A DNA stretch of 40,000 nucleotides. It comes from Bacteroides phage crAss002. The translations under genes and the position numbers were made by a program. Below, piece after piece: positions 39,601 to 40,000 of this stretch; the stretch's first letter is position 1; every line of letters begins with the position of its first letter. Below the pieces are notes generated by a model. It saw only the letters and a list, made by a program, of their open reading frames with translations. It had not been told where the DNA came from and ran no database searches. Location: the sequence record MN917146.1; one strand, 5' to 3'.

Positions 39601-40000
39601 AATATCAAGAAGTATTTACTAGTGAAAAAGGATATGGCGGTTTACAAGATTATAATGCCTTTACTTGTAATGAAACTGGTTATATATTCTTTGATAAAAG
39701 TAAACGAAGAATATATAGATTCGATGATAAACAACTTAATGATATTACCGATGGTATTCAAAGTATTATAGATAATTATGTAACCGAAGATACTATTATT
39801 GATATGGGAATGGATAAAGAGAATAACAGACTAATCTGCTCCTTTACGGGGGAAAATTGGATTATAACCTTATCTTATTCCTTTATTACAAGTAGTTGGA
39901 TAAGTATTCATAATTATTCAGGTAAGTATTTTAATACTAAAACAGAGTTATATTTAACTAATGATAATGCTCTTAATTATGTATATAGATTAGGTAATAT
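36687..40000 (+). CDS. large tail (muzzle/stabilization-like) protein, truncated by window end
   Basis: ATG 36687 overlaps upstream TAA by 1 nt; frame MEIVKELNKDDGLEFIKNGSITHAVNVIVSK... remains open to 40000; not in the supplied ORF track. Confidence 0.7.
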   Translation, partial: MEIVKELNKDDGLEFIKNGSITHAVNVIVSKDGNSIQNEQSLETIVTLDENERIVGIIPCAKELVIFTASNKIYRYNEDNKELSLIEASWKWYGGEVFGTYTYNIRGDLIIAISERDPREDVPLKVINLNNANLGSDNIFTLNPDIPQTTVVDYGQEYGGRMRNGTYLLFIRFEISDNEFSSWKDLGVVIYLSPSLTSNIISSVTLQGPTNTTSTYDIRDYAREDIEYNVNSIFATLNIDNKSGNTFKSFQIAYICTYKDGKEAFNLGSYSFNESGTYRISGNRSSKESISVDEVLISANNFNLYNVKTMCNYNNRLYVANYKEETRKLDISNIDTSSIAVGVCMEEDYYGNRLNDGYVLNVGKPIEDEVYRFYIHYVRPDGSYTEGIVIENNNYRHKKDDGTWEKIPVQIVIGRYYNTSTNKDVDIMFDCYDDTKVSDVKAAIEQAKIDYPGYYSSTIKDKLGLIDMAEKAKIDYYWFNLDPRFTNGNTTHASPYWNMIFCCPYTNNNGDRLFRTPHKIKGNFTFREVPMYEGFVGFFISYEEIQSILICDGILDQHRDIAIGISTSSKLQSSFNSVIPYGYSYQFYSDDIYVLKKSATPNVFVDLGVFSFMNRDAQSANEGWAAKYIAKDCFPSSNKIANIVNTDPYYNIENTYNMGVSASIISNTGGQYYKLTFPSVGKAITPVTVNVMDDGSAIKLTTIGRLLYVSQEIYIKKEGVKLIRLGQTKYINGEITPTGKYMYGDNLQKQNVTGFVSLQSVIIFDSGGVKFVGDWCPRFGDDSLQDERFYRRYIDNLNPSANTRDNLHINAVEFYKQTPYLPSAKIMKNNVPEVYFTYTSLGVIKNIGNKQLTAATLFDLYEIASMYYDYARPNLNAYNPNAVSNQITTYGKFIRRSNVLQSESTANAWRQFPADGYKVISENKGDIINILGIGIYLIAHCEHSMFIFNRDSTLVTKDKDVQMYMPDAFDTEYQEVFTSEKGYGGLQDYNAFTCNETGYIFFDKSKRRIYRFDDKQLNDITDGIQSIIDNYVTEDTIIDMGMDKENNRLICSFTGENWIITLSYSFITSSWISIHNYSGKYFNTKTELYLTNDNALNYVYRLGN

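Noticed and set aside
36687-40000. Short antisense and alternative-frame ORFs (37693-37896, 38505-38699, 38881-39069, 39396-39608, 39499-39771)
   Set aside because: They lie inside one continuous open frame starting at 36687.
1-40000. Alternative genetic code (TAG or TGA reassignment) known in some crAss-like phages
   Set aside because: Genes here end at TAA, TGA (3860, 20780, 36002) and TAG (1559, 4192) with sensible gene boundaries and no in-frame stops in large genes; standard code fits.
1-40000. CRISPR array or transposable element
   Set aside because: No regularly spaced direct repeats and no transposase/integrase-like ORF; the dispersed 16-mer is irregularly spaced, in both orientations, and its flanks are unrelated.

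Overview
The window is the late (structural/packaging/lysis) module of an AT-rich, tailed, crAss-like phage (Crassvirales-type, Bacteroidales host). All credible genes are on the + strand and tightly packed, often with 1-50 nt overlaps. Order: small structural/DNA-binding-like genes, PD-(D/E)XK nuclease, cell-wall hydrolase-like protein, overlapping spanin-like pair, large terminase, small membrane protein, portal, long non-coding gap, scaffold-like Q/G-rich protein, major capsid protein, connector/head proteins, and very large tail/fibre proteins. The last group includes a 1153-aa protein with purple-acid-phosphatase-like motifs, a ~2622-aa LamG/LRR giant and a ~1197-aa LamG-like protein. After two terminators come a small membrane pair and ring/muzzle-like genes, the last of which runs off the window and is missing from the supplied ORF track. 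The most interesting unexplained signal is a dispersed, strand-independent, GC-rich 16-mer with consensus CTCCTTTAYGGGGGAA. It has about 13 good copies in both coding and non-coding DNA and accounts for nearly every G5/C5 run in the window. Other signals are two 25-nt near-perfect palindromes with identical architecture, and two ~350-nt non-coding regions that look structured and share sequence landmarks. No CRISPR, transposase, rRNA, confident tRNA or diversity-generating element was found. Function calls come from reading protein sequences by eye; no database search was run.
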